Source: Nemertoderma westbladi (lineage: Eukaryota > Animalia > Xenacoelomorpha). Taken from it: a stretch of DNA of 64,000 nt. How positions within the stretch are numbered: the first letter of the stretch is position 1; the number at the start of each line of letters is the position of its first letter. The notes beneath the pieces are model-generated. The model was not told the DNA's origin and did no database searches. It saw nothing but the letters and a program-made list of their open reading frames with translations. The position numbers were made by a program, and so were the translations under genes. Shown piece after piece: positions 44,401 through 59,400 of the stretch. The stretch is taken from positions 14,208-78,207 of the forward strand of contig JAUCBJ010000764.1 in assembly GCA_032718475.1 (NCBI GenBank), written 5' to 3'.

Positions 44401-47400
44401 TTTGAACCCTTCCTATATATAACTGAGTTGTTTCTCAACGACATTCAGACATTGTTAGATAAGTAGATTCCTTGTAATGAAAGCTTTCTAATATATATAT
44501 ATATAGCCGTCAATGTGGAAATCACCACATCATCTGAGGATGAGTCATGGTGGTTCTACCACACACAAATACCCGTTAGTGGTTAGTAGTAGATGTAGTG
44601 ATGGAGGGTGGGGGGGGTTCTGGGTGGAGGGGGTGGGTTGTGGAGGATGGCTTAGGGGGGTGTATGGCAGCTGTAATTACGGCTGTAATTGCATCCTCGG
44701 GCGAATGTGTGAGTCACCTGGGCCATGGCACTCGCTTAATAGCACTCGATCCATGTAAAACAAAACCCTATACCCTTGTGTAGTCAGATATGCACACTCT
44801 CTTGTCAGCGCATACCAAGTGGTCAGTCTCTGCGAGGTCTAATTGATCTTTGAGAGCTTGTGAGTGGGTGTCTTGTCCCATAGCCGCGCGTATAGCTGCT
44901 TCATGGACTATGTTGACAGGAATCCATCCTGCTATAGGGGGACTAAGAAGTACACCGATTAAAGTTCCTACCCTGCCCAGCCTCGAGCAGGTAGTCAGCT
45001 GTGGTATGACCGCATGTGTTTCGAATGGCCGCCTCAGCTTGTTGGGCCCGAGCACGAAAAGGTGCATTGGCTGATAGGCCAACACTATGTTCCAAGCTTC
45101 TCTCGTATTGGCATGAAAAGCCATGCTCACATCAGCTAATGACTTGAGCTGTCCAGAAGTAACCACGCGCATGATATCCCATATCACGCCTGTGTTGCCA
45201 CTATATTCACAGGCGCGGCGCAGCATCTGGCCACGGTCGTTGATAGGTGAAGCCGTTGGAAGCCCAAGGTGAGTATGTTGTACCGCCAAAGTAGGCCGAG
45301 AGGCTGTCTATCAGGTATATCCCAGTATGTCCGTGTTTATCTCCAAAGGACACGAGGCGTATGCGCAAATGCAGGCTGCGCACCGTGTGATTGACCTTTG
45401 TCGCCTTAAGCCACTTATTTATGGCTAGGCAATTGCCATTATGTGCCCGGTTTCGATCCTCCATTGTAAGGCTGTTGCTCAGGCTGCGCAGCAATGCCTG
45501 ATCTGAAACCTTCACACTGTCCCACCTGCAGTTCATCTTACTTGATGCATGCTGCACCCATACTGTGGTGGAGTTGCGCTTGCTGAAGCTGATTAGAATA
45601 TCAGGTGTGGCCATCACAGATGGGATAGGGTGTATTTGTCGTGTGGTTGGCATGGCGACAGTGGTCAGCATGGCGAAAGTGGTCAGCATGACGACAGTGG
45701 TCGGCATGGCGACAGTGGTCGGCATGGCGACAGTGGTCGGCACCTATGAATTGATGCCCTGGAGATGTGCTTGAATGTTGTAGCTCTCCTCATTCTGTAG
45801 CGGACGTAAGATGAGGCTGGCAACCGCACGAGCAAAGTAGCCGTACGTACCATCCTTGTCGTAGAGTATGCGTAGAAACTCCCCCATCTGAACACCATAC
45901 ATTTGCTTGGGGTCTGTGAACAGGAAGCCAACAGAACAGTCTTCCCAGTCTTAGGATTGGTTATCTTCCGCCCACTGCTGCTTCAAGGGGTGAGCCACTC
46001 GTGACACCAACAGACGAAGTCACTGTAGCTCTCATGAGGAGGGGGTCCAGAGAGCACTTCGGTTATAATGTTGGACATTACTCGGCGGAGTCGGATGTTG
46101 AAGGGTGTTGTACCATCAAGTTCAAATAGCGGAATAGTACCTTCGCAGCAGGTTCTTGTGTTCCTGGGCCCAGTCGCTAGTATGAATGGACCTGCCAGTG
46201 GCCATCTCAGTATAAGAGGCATGGGCTATGAATGAGGCTGGTATGTCTACTACTAGGATCGGCATGCTGCATTGCAGATGCATTTTTAAGAATGCTGTGC
46301 CGGCTTATCGACAAAATTGCACTGCCACAACTCCCTATCACCCATGACATTTGCTAGATCATCCGCATCTTCAAGGCCAGTGTCCTTTAAGATGCATCTC
46401 AAGAAAGTCATGGGCTGTCATGTCCACCATGATTATTCACTCCATGAGGCTGACAAAGTACAAGATTATGCACTGGCTGGTCCTCACGGCGAAAGCAATG
46501 TCCTGCAAAACGGAGGCGATTTTGTTCAAGTGTCAAGCTTGTGGGAACCAATGAGACACCTCCAATGTTATATAGTGTCTGGTTGGAGATGTGTGCATTG
46601 TACTTGATACAATGAACCCGGTGTAGCATTCTTGTGAATGTGCCATCCAGAGATTTGGTGTCCTCAGCAGTTAGAGCCCAGCATGGACTCCCATAGAGGA
46701 GTACTGGAACTACTGCTGCTCTAAATAATTGTACCTTAAGTGTCCGATTAATTCTCGGTGACTTCCAAATCCTGGAAAGCCTATACAAGGCTGCCCATGC
46801 CTTTCCCTTACATATTCGAAGGTCCTCACCTGACTTCCGGATCCATGATCCCAGGTAACAAAAGTCATCCACATGCTCAAGCATACAATCTGTTGAGCTT
46901 ATGCTCATCCGATCAGAGACTTGCTGAGGACTTTCAAAGTTAACTGTCAAAATTGTGGTTTTTCTGGAGTTAATAAAAAGACCCATACTAGAAGCCGCCT
47001 GTTCTAATGAGCTGAGGAGCCGTTGGGCTCCCTCTAGTGATTCTGAGAGTACTCCTAAGTCATCAGCAAAGTCTAGATCAGTTAGGTACTTGGCAGGATT
47101 TCCTCGACTTCTGGAGCCAGTAAGTGGAGTTATCATCACCCCATCATCATTATGATGATCTAAGGACATGCGTAGAACATAGTCAACAACAATTATGAAC
47201 AAGAATGGTGCAAGTGTGTCTCCCTGGAGGACGCCCCATAGCACTTCAAATGGTTCTGTGTCACCATCAACAGTAGACCAGTTGCCTGCTGTCGTCAGCA
47301 TCATTGATGACATCAACCTGTTGGTTTATTAGCTCCTGTAAATTAACAGAGTACTGCCTGTTCAGAGACCTAGATGCAGCCTTAACTGCATTCTTGGCCG

Positions 47401-50400
47401 CTGTAGTCTGTTTGAGTCGGGACTCTTTCTGCGCCTTGTAGATGTCATTTCGGCACTTCTGAATTTTGTTGTCAGTCCAGGGGGCCCGTTTCCTGTTTCA
47501 AGGGTATACAGGAACTGTTTCTGCAGCTGCTAACTTATCTGCCTCTATGAAGGCAGTATAGCCCTCACAGTGATCTGCCGCCTCAGAGGCAAGAACCTCA
47601 TACCTGTTGCTCAGCTGTAGTGTGAAGCTGGATCTCACACTTGGCTGTTGCAACAGAGAGGACCAGTCATGCCCCGGCAAGGCAGATTTCGTTGTTCTGC
47701 TAGCACGCAGACTAAGTCTTACCTTGGCCACAATAAGGTGGTGATCACTGGAGAAGGGTCGTAGTGTAAATGTATAGAGCTCCTGTATTTCCTACGAAAC
47801 AGGATATGGTCTATCTGGGACTTGTGACCTCCTGAAGATGGACGGAATTTCGGTTAACACTATTGCTATAGACCCAGGGCTATGTAGGTGATTGATGCAG
47901 ACTTGCATTAAAGTCTCCCAGGAATGTTAAGAATGCATGCTGATCCACTCCATCAGTAGCTGCTTATAGATTCTGGTAGAAATTTTCCACCTCCTCTACA
48001 GGAGCAACACTAGTTGGAGAGTAGCACACAATCAGAAAACCACCTTAGGAAACTTCTTAGCCAGTCTTCCAGAACATGAGAAGTGGCAACTGATGATGCG
48101 GTTAGAGATTTGGTCTATTTTGCCCAATGCTGCATGTACAGTTGGATTCCTCAATAGACCAATTCCACCATTGCCACTATCATCTGCTGAAGCGAGGGTG
48201 AGTCGCCAACCGCCCCCCATGTCCTTAATCAGAACCTCATCAGTCTGTCCAGTCTGCATTCGGTGCTCTTGAACACCCACTGCACTAAGAGAAAGCTTAT
48301 CTGCTAAGGCAGTCAGCTCACCTTGTCGCATTGTGGACCCGAGTGTTAGGGTGTTTACTGGTGGCTTGCCTCAGATTCACCAATGGCTTTGTTGGTCGGG
48401 GTGGAACATGAGAGTAGCCTCCAACTCCAGAATCCCTCTCCCCCTCACAATCTGGCCTCCCTGGTGACCCAGGGTTTGGGCCAGAAATGTCATCAGGAAA
48501 GGGACTCAAAGAATTGTTTGCCGCTCTCTCTCCAGTAGGGGGTGAGACAGGCAGCCGGTCAGGAGATAACTGACGGCTGTGAGGCCGATTGTGTCCAGTC
48601 ATTCCACTGGTCTATAGTGGCTGGACCTCCGCATTACTAATGTAATCCATAGTGGGGAGTGGATATTCAAAAACTACTGTGGAACAAAAACAGTTCAATA
48701 TGTTCTGTACTATATTAAATTGGATATTCAAAATCTACTGTGGAACAAAAACAGTTCAATATGTTCCATACTATATTAAAGTGGATATTCAAAAACTACT
48801 GTGGAACAAAAACAGTTCAATATGATCCATACTATCTTAATGCAGATATTCAATAACTACAGCGAACTAAAATCCGTGCACAAGTTCAAAATTGAAAGAA
48901 ACATTCATTACTGTGCATGAGAATAGGTTTAAATCTTCATAATCCTAATCCTATTTTAGAGTTCTTTTCATAAACATAATACATCGCCTGATTTCTGGTG
49001 AAGTTTTAGTTACAAAATTCACTCGCAATTCTTTAAAAACTTGTTTTGTGATTCTTTGCCCATCCAATTGCAAATATTACTTTCTAACATGTTATTCTCT
49101 TAGTCGCATTCATCACCTTCGTATTCTTGGTTACAACAGCTAAATTGCATGTCTAATGGAGGTGGTACCAACTTTATGTATAGATTTTGGGTAAACATGT
49201 TTCTACAATCTTTGCATCTGTTGAGTGATGATTGAGTACTTTTCTCCAGCCTTTGTTAGGAAAACGAATGGACCCTCCCTTTTATAGGAATAGAGCTCAT
49301 ATCAATTAATATCTTATATATATATATATATATTAATATCGACATAATTAATATCTGCGACATTGCAGCATTCAGTATTAATCCTGTAATATATTTTACT
49401 GCTACTGCTATTAAATAAGTACTGGTACTAAAGTGCTGGTAATCAGACAATAGACTGATTGAATAAACTTATTAGGAAACATGCCGGAGATGGTTAAGGT
49501 ACCACCATACTGGTATTAATTAATGAATTGTGGATGATTATTTTGATGAGTGTACTGTACTCTGACAATCCTGTAAAATTTACAGGACCTTTGAAAAGTG
49601 TTAGGCCTTTTGCTGTAAAAAAAATTTCATCGAGGGCACAATCTCGATATCATTCACTACCTATGCACACCATCTACACCTGTACCCCAGTAGCACGCGT
49701 CCTAATCACTGAAACATGGTAACTGAAACAGAAGGTCGTGCTACGGGCCTTCGGGGGCTTCGAACAATTAAAATAGGCAAGCTATTTACTCTTCTGCTAT
49801 ATCTCTTCTAGCACCTATAAATGAACATGCTGACGTCCGATTTTGGCTGACCCCCTCCCCTCATCAGCACGTCATCAGATTTTCCCAACCCCCCTCGCCC
49901 CCTAAAGTGCTGACGTCATACTTGGACGGCCCCTAGTAGTAGGATGTAGGAGGATGTAGGGGATGTAGTAGTAGGAATAGGACTGTTACTAAAATGAACT
50001 AACTAGCAGACAATCGAAGTACAGCAGTATCACACGGCTCTGGGCTCTCGCTGTGGTGATTTTAACCTGATGAAACCAAATTTCCACCATGGCCTCTTGG
50101 CTACATGTTGTCAGATTGCCATTAAATCCACCAAAGCCCCTATGTTTTAAATCGAGGGGTACTGAAAACACCACTTTTTATATTTTTAAAAGGTGCTTTG
50201 CCTCCATTATATATACATATATAACATTTATGTAATATTTGATCAAAGTAACTAACTGTATTGTCCTTGAAAAGAAGACAAGTTCTCGAAAACGATGAGA
50301 AGCAAATATTAATTTAGAAACAAGGGGAGTCCCCAGTGTTGAACCTATCTTTCCTAGCATGTACCGAAATACCCTTAAGAAGACATGTTCTATTAGTAAT

Positions 50401-53400
50401 ATAGAATGGCTATGAATTAATCACACTTAATTTTAAATTAGTTCACAAATAAACTTGAGGTGATGTTTTGAAATGAAAGATCAAAACCGTTATACATGGT
50501 CTATATGCATGATCAATAGGATTCCTCCCTTTTTGGAGAGTTATGCATGTAGTTGTTTATTAACAATTGGTAATAAATAGTTTTAATATCTGTTAAATAA
50601 TATACGTTGTTAAAATATTGTGCTTTACTGTATATATTAAAATATTGTGCTTTACTATATATATCCAACCGGTATACAATTTAACGTAGTTTGTTAAATT
50701 TGTCCAGTATTCATCATTAATTCATCATTGAGTATTTCACCAAAGTACTGTGATAAGTTAAGATAATCGATAATGTAACAAAATATTTATTGTTTTGTAT
50801 TTATAGTGCCTACCTGGACAACAGTATCGTATCTCATAATCGCTACACTGATGTCCATCACTCTGATCATCGTTTTTACAAACTAGACCATCAGCTGAAT
50901 ACATAGATAGAGTGTCTCCAGTTGTCCAGGGGTCAATATGTGTGTTAACTGTCCTTCCTTCAGAAGATGTTGGCTCCAAGCAGTGGTGTTGAGACAACCC
51001 TGTAAAATAATTGGAAGCTTTCGCTATAAGAAACACCAGAAGGCTTAAATAATGGGAGAATAAATAATTAAACTTCAACATCAGGATGAGACTCATCTTC
51101 AGGATATAATTAAATATAATATAAATGGGTACCCGACCTACCAGATCAGGAGGGGGGTTGGACCTCGAAATGTAAGTGGTTCGAACTTGGCCTTAACTTT
51201 TAGGGAATTATAGCTCTGCTGCCCATTCCTGCCAGCCCACGTTACTAAAATCTATCTGGGGTTTGGCTGGAAACTCAATCAGACTCTAGAGGTCATGATA
51301 CCTTGGATCTTTTCATGCAGCATTTAGGCATAGCAATCGAGATATTTTTATTTTATATCTTAGAAATTTTTAGATATATTAGTCAATAATAACAACCTAA
51401 GCAAGGAAACCAGCCATTACTTAGCATTAGTTGTTCACCCATGGACAAGATGATTATTAGATCTTCCAGCTGTTCGTGGGGGACTATTATCTGATTAAGA
51501 ACTACTTTTCCCTCGGGAACCAAAGTAAGATCATTTCGGTTTGGACTTAACAGGAAAGGAGCAGGTTACATTGACAGTGGTTTTTAATCAAACAATAAAT
51601 TAAACAAGATTTCGTTTTTTTTTTGCCAATTTACACCAAAGATTACTTCTTTTAATTGTGACCAACTTGCGTAACTATCCGGCCCAAATATTGCTCAGCA
51701 TTCTAGAACAGGAAGGAGTAGTCTGCTATCATTTTGCAGAAGCAGTTGGTAATACAATCATAATGGTATCTATGAATATAATATACGCAGTTTATAGCAC
51801 TTTTATAACAAGGGAACAAATAGAGTCAATTATTTCTTTGATTCAGTCATGATTGCCCATAAAAATAAGAAACCGGAACATGAACTCTGACAGGTTCAGC
51901 ACAAAACTGAAAATTGTAATCAGTGATACAGTCATTATGTGTAAACATTCTATTTGATGCTTCCCATTACAAGTCCTATCATTCCCTTGCATATGGTACA
52001 TAATATCCTGCAACCATGACAATAGCTCAAACATCCACCTATCTTACATATCTATAGAGACCACTCTGTATCTGATTTTGTATTCAAAAATTATATATCA
52101 TACTCAACTTATAGTCAGATGCAACTATTATAAACAATGAAAATTTAAACAAAAAAAAAAGTTTAAATTCAGTAAAAATTATGTTGTTGGAAGAAGCATT
52201 TTTTGTTACTTGAAATTCAACTATTCCATACAATTCTAGTTAATTTAATATTTCACTTAAGGCCCGTTCACATCCAACGGAATGGTACACGGCGTGGTGT
52301 ACCGCAGGGCCAGCGGTACACCGCTGACTGTGAACGACACAACAGGTAGATGTGCGCTAAACCGCGCGGTTTACTGCAGCCCATTTAAACAATGTTAAAA
52401 CAATTAATGTAATTTCCTGTTGAATTCACAGTCTACAGATAGACAATCAGTTACCGCAAGGGTACCGTTGGGTGTGAACGGGCTCTGGGTAGTGTACTGC
52501 TGGCTTACCGCTTCAATACCGCCAGACTACTTTACCACTCACGCACCGTTGGATGTGAACGGGGCTTTACGCAATTAATTTGGCCTTTAGTCATCATACT
52601 TAAATATAGCATTACATTGTGTTTAATTGTTTATATTGTAACTAACATTGTGTTGCCTGTGCATCATATAATATTAGAGATGAGAGATCTTCCCAGTCTC
52701 CAGTTCCTGTTGGGTTGTCTCTGTCAAACCATTGACTCATCAGTCCAGGACATTGGTAATTGGTCCCTACAAAATAAAATCATAAACATATAAATACAAA
52801 TTTAATTATAAATAAAGTTTAGTAATGTCACTTTATTAACCATCTGGTTATGCATTTCGCATAACTCTTTAGACATTAGGTTGAGTAATTCTACTGTACT
52901 AACTCTCCAGACAGACGTTAGGTTGAGTAATTCTAATGTACTAAATATATGCATTTACAAGAATGTGCTAATCTATAAGAAAATTCATGAGTGTCAACAT
53001 TTTACAGTGTTCTTTATTTAAGCCCCATAACCAATAAAGGTTGTATTAATGCTACAAATATGACAAAATCTATGTACATAGTCATTGCATATTAGTCCAT
53101 TGTTTGCTGTGTAGTTGTGTGTCACAGTTCTCTTGAGGATCTGCCCTTGCCTTAGTAGGAGGCCAGGCATTGTTCGGACGGAACCGTCCTTGTCCGCAGT
53201 TGAATACATGTTTACTACATTGTAACGATCGGAGATGGGCTATGCTTATTTTATTGTTGATGTAAATTGATTGTAAATTGGTTATTAAAGATAGATTAGT
53301 AGATTAAGATTAGATTACTAGATAAAATAGTTTGCTGTTGCAGTTGTAAAAGTTAGTATAAAATAAACTTGCAATAAATTACTTTTAAAAAATACAGCTT

Positions 53401-56400
53401 TTCTTAAAAGTGGATGAAAGTTAAAGTTAAATATGTGCCAGAAATTTGATTAAATTATTAACCAATATACTCCTCCATCCCCTAACAAGGGCCACCACAT
53501 ATTAAAAATATAGTACATTCATACTTTCACAAGATGGATGCACGAATTATATATGGTTTCACAAAGTCCTCCGTGCCTTTCTATGATGATATCACACATT
53601 TTGCATCCGGGTTTCCTACCTTTTTTCACACAAAAAGAATTAGGATCTAATTGATTTCTAGTTAATATTTTTGAAGTGATTTCGGTTGTTTTTGTGCTAT
53701 AACAAGGCGTTTGTTTCTACGATTTAATTTGAGTTTGGGATCATCCTGTAGTAAATTATAAGCTGGTTTGACATGAGTTTCTATTTACATCGAACCTGTC
53801 TTTACACTGGATAGATTTAATTAAAGCTGAGGCCGGCAAAAACATGATCGATGGATGTATGTTTGTTTGTATGTATCGGGTATCCACCAATATATAAATA
53901 TAACCAATATATAATATAACCACCAAATGGCTTCAAACCACTTGCATGTATTGGAAAATTGTAAACACGACTATTTATTAATTACTATCTAGTTGTTGAA
54001 TAAAAAATGTTCGGAATGATTAAATGTGCTATATTCGAAATATGAGCATATTATCAACTTTATGGAACGCGAAATTAAATACTCACAACTACACTTTTAC
54101 AGCTGAACAACATTTCACGAAATGTTGTCAATTGGAGACGTACTTTAATTATATCGTTAATTATTGTTCTATCTGTATTCAGTGTAATGTCACGCAGTAC
54201 ATCATTTATATGTCGTATCTGTAGGGCCTATTGTCATCATTATAATACTGTCATCAACTCAGGCTAAGCTCAATTGTAATGTAAATGCTTATATTATTCA
54301 GTTTTGTATAACTGAAACGTTTACAACAGCTGTCGATTAAACTAGTAAAACCAGAAAACTGAACCAGGATGCCAGCCGCTAAAATCAAATGGATTGCACA
54401 AATTTTCTGCAAACACAACTTTCAAGTCTTGGTTTCAAAATCTTCGAGAGATTTTCGAAGAACACGTACCAATGAAGGAAAGATTAAGGAGGGCTAATCC
54501 GAAACATAAGTGCATAAGCAACAGTGATTACGAGCACATCCAGTTATTGCATAACAGAAACGCTGTAAAGAAGCTGTTTATAAGAAACGCAAGACTGAAG
54601 CAAATAGGGAATCACTTAATGTGGCACGTCTAGCATTGTTAAATGGTCTGAAAGAATCTGGAAGGAAATATTATCGGGAATTTATTGAGGAGAACTCAAC
54701 AAACTCGAGGCGACTCTGGAAACAATTTAAACAGTTATTGGGTCAGTGTGGAAGAACTATTCTACCTACAACTGTTGAAAATGATTCAGAGCTTGCTGAA
54801 AAATTTTCTAATTTTTTCCAGACCAAGGTTTGTGATATTGTGGCTACCTTTAACCCAATCTCAATATTAGTCACTGATCTACCTAAACTTTATCGCAAAA
54901 CGTTCAGTGCCTTTAAACCACTGACACAAACAGACGTGCTCAAGATTATAAGAGGGATTTCAAATGCAACTACTAACTTAGACTGTATGCCGACAACTCT
55001 ATTTAAATCGATTGCTCCAACTGTGCTATAGCCTTTAACTGCTTATATAAATGATGTGCTACAAACTGGTAATTTTCCCCAATTCCTCAAACTCGCTGTG
55101 GTTAGACCCATTCTCAAAAAGCCGAACCTGTCCAGTGAAGTTTTAAAAAATTACCGCCCTGTCACCAATATTCCTTTCATGGCCAAAATTATAGAAAAGG
55201 CTATCCTAATTCAAATTGAAAAGCAACTCTGTTTGAACAATAACCAATCTGGTTATAGACAACATTTTTCAACAGAAATGGTAAATGTGTTCGTACAGAA
55301 CACAATATTGCAAGCTATGGATAAGCAGGATATCATTCTTTGCTCTTTTTGGACTTGAGCGCTGCTTTTGACACGGTGAATCATATTTTGTTGGCTAAAA
55401 ACTTCAGTACTGCTTCGGCATAGAGGGTAATGCTCTGTCCTTATTCATTATGCACAATTATAAGTAATAAATTACGGATTATTTAAAATTAATTAATCTA
55501 CTGTAAATGTTTATATTAATGTATAATATTATGTAATTGTATGTAATATGTTAATGTAATTGTAAATGTAAATGTTATCTGAATTGGGGCTGTCTAAAAA
55601 AAGGAAACGGAATGGGGTTAAAAGGTTGGGCATTAAGTATAATATAGAGCAAAGTAGAGGCCATCAGAATGGCCGGTCAATCAGTTCTTGGTACTTCCGG
55701 ATCTTAAGGGATTCGGCCTCCTCAACCACACAGCCTCCAGTCACTGTACTCATGGTGATGTGGATGGGCATGAACAGGTCCGTGATGGTGGAGTCCCATA
55801 TATGAGTGTGTTTGGGGCTCCATGGAATGAGAGTGACTCCATCGACACGCTTCCCGTCTCCCTGGAACATCCCTGCTGGTTCGAGAGCACACGGCGCAGG
55901 TGAGCAACCAGCACACAATGTCGTTAACCATCAAGTGGCGTGTATGGTGGCTGGCCCTCCTCATGAAAGCCAGGCCATCACGCGCATCTACTTAGATGTC
56001 TTTTCCACAATGTGCACAGCTGTGGAGTTCGGTGATTTTACAACCAGGGTGGGTGGCTACAGATATCCGGAACTGAGCGTCAGTCAGTTTCAGGCCAAGT
56101 GACCTAACAGGCATGGAATCCAGATGGCCTCCAAATAAATTGAATGCGTTTCGTTATTTGCCTCGACTTATATTATTCACTCCATGGACGAGTTATTCTT
56201 TTATTAGCTGCAGTAGACCAATTCCCCACAGGTCATACCTTCTCAAAAAGGCAGTTGTACCAGAGGTCAGATTATTTGATGTTCGCAAACCCACAGCAAC
56301 CCTTCATATCAAGGGCAGATTGGAGGGGCTGGTGTATTTGTGGATAATTATAAAATCGAGTAAATTAAAGAATAAAGTGGATAATTTGTGGTACAATGGG

Positions 56401-59400
56401 GTTCAGGATTACAGGACAAAGGAGATTTAGTCTGTACATATCATTCTTCGTAATTCGTATTACCAAAACTCATGTATATAACCATATGTAGCTGGTCAGC
56501 TTGTGTAGTAGATAAAGTTGGTCGAATAGGAAAAACATAAAAAGAACAATAGGAAACTATATTGGAATCATTTTGTGGTTTAATAAGATACATATCTATC
56601 TATCCATGTATTTTAAATGTCCAAAACTATTTGATTCTCTTATATTCTTCTTATTATATTCTTATTCTATTTTAATTACTAAGTAATATTACTATTTCAA
56701 CTACATTCCAGACATACCAGGGCAGCAGAAACGAATCTCATAATCCTGACACTGACGTCCACTACTCTGGGCGCTGTTTTTACAAATAAGACCATCTGCT
56801 GAATACATTGAAAGATTATCTCCAGTAGACCAGGCGTCAATATGTGTCTGAATGGTTCTAGCCTCAGATGATATTGGTTCCAAGCAATTGTGTTGAGAAA
56901 ACCCTGTACAATATATATTATTAACATGAGATAATATTCAAAACCTACATATTTATAAATATGAACAAACAATTAAAACACATATATATGTATATATTTA
57001 ATAAATATTAAATGATGGACGAATAAAAGGCGTGATAGCTTAGTTGGTTGAGCGCTGGGCCTGCAATCTATTGGTTGTAGGTTCAGCCCCGCTCAGCCTA
57101 TCGGGATCGATAAAATGAGTACCAGTTAAATAACTGGGAGCAAATCTTGGATAAATAATAATTTATAGTAATAATAATAGATAAGTAGTAGTATTAAATA
57201 GTTAGTTGTTAATATTTTTCTCACATTGGTCAGCTTGGGCATTTGTGGACATGAGTGAATTGAGATCCTCCCAGTCACCAGTTCCTGAAGGATTGTCTCT
57301 GTCATACCATTGACTAATAGGTCCGTCGCAATCATCATGTTGTTGCTCTTCTATATTTTTTACATAAAAAATAAAATTAGTAATTATATAAAATTAGAAT
57401 TAGAATTTTCTATATTTTTATTTATTATATATATATGACTCGAATAAGCGACTCTGCGGTTTTTACACGGAATAGACTTATCAGTCATCGTAGATCTTCA
57501 AGATGTATAATCTCCAGTTCTAGTGGTCGTATGAAGTTCATTTTAGGCTCATTCGAAAGCTCTTTTCTCAGAGAACAAAGTTACCATTGATTTAAGATAA
57601 AATGGTTGTGAAGCAACATAACATGAATTTGGGTTATGATTGCTCAGGCAGCTTTCAAGAGCTTGCCAAACCAAATGCTAACTAGATCCCTTCTTATAAC
57701 AAATGGTAACTTGGTTCTCTGAGAAAAGAGCTTTCGAATGAGCATAAAACGAACTTTGTACGACCACTACAACTGGAGATTATACATTTTGAAGATCTCC
57801 AATGACCGATAAGTATATTCCGTGTAATCCCGCAAAGACCACAGAGTCGCTTATTTGGAGACTTGAAGTTGTCTTATAATCTGATCAGTAGGTCCAGTAA
57901 TCATATTTTATTTAATATCGTGGCACATTTTTTAAGCGTTTAAGCCCAGGTACTTGTTGTATTATTTTTAGGTATCAGTTACCTTAAGAATTGCAGTAAA
58001 ATTTTGATAAATTTAAAAATTGGATGCGACTATACCTAGATATTATAATGAATTTATTTCCCATTTAGTTTCCATTCGAATTAGTTTCCCATTGTTCATT
58101 TTGTTTGGTTTGTTTTTCGCAAATTTATGTAGAATTTCTATGAATAAATATATGATCTGCAAAATAAAGTTTTATTTACTTTATTTAGTATAAATAAGGC
58201 AACATAGAATCCAAAAAATGTGGTTCAGATTGATTGGCAATTCATTTTGGGTTTTATCCTAGATTGAATGCTTTTCAACACTAAGTATCTATTAACATGA
58301 AAAGCACCATTGGAAATGTACTGTTTTGTTTGCTACACAATTTGTTTGTCATGGCCATCCATAGTAAGGGTCTGAAATTAACCAACACTTCCAATTCCGA
58401 ATATACCAATTGTAATTCTGATGTTTATCTTTAAACCTGGGTTTCCTTTCTTCAGGACCTCGCGGAAGTGCATCTCCTAATGTATCAGTAAGTTTTTTAT
58501 TACTTTAAAGTTGTGAATAGTGTTATCACAGTCCTCATTATACCTAATTTCGAAATGGTACATGCAGCAACTAAGGCCCGCCTCATGCAGAGCAACTTGT
58601 TGCTGGACCCCCTCATACACAGAAAATTATTTTCTCTCCCTTGTGATTGCATCTTTGTGAAAACAATTGATATCATTCCAAAATATGCAACAGAGTAATT
58701 TCAGAGCAACTACCAGGCTGTCAGGGGACCAAATCATCTGGCATTGGTGGACTGTTCCCGTGCCTGTTCCCCTGGTGAGGGTGCGGTACCTGTACTGTAC
58801 CAGCACCGATTACAGACAGTGTGGTACAGTCTAATAATTTAGTCCCATAAATTAGCCACACCTAGCCAAGACAGGATTGGTACCACTGCACCACACACAT
58901 ATCAATGAGAGCACAAGGTCAGCAACCGGTTCCACCAACATCCCTACTAACCCCTTAGCGTTGTGTTAACTGCTTAGAGCACCAGAGGGACCGATTTTTA
59001 TTGCGATTACCAACATTTTTTGCCAGTTTTCATTAAAATAATAACACTCACAATAACAAATCAAAATAAATAAAGAATCCAGACGTACCGGGACAACAGA
59101 AACGAATCTCGTAATCGTGACACTGACGTCCACTACTCTGTTCAATGTTTTTACAAATAAGACCATCAGCTGAATACATAGAAATACTATCTCCAGTAGC
59201 CCAGGCATCGATTTGTGTTTGTATTGTTCGAGCCTCGGATGATATTGGTTCCAAGCAATTGTTTTGAGAAAACCCTGTAGAAATAATGTAATGTAAATAA
59301 TGTGAAAGTATTATTATTATTAAATTATGTAAATAATAATATAAATATAATGTATGTTCAGTTTCAGTGTGTCAGATACTGCTGTGCCCAACAAAAAGTT

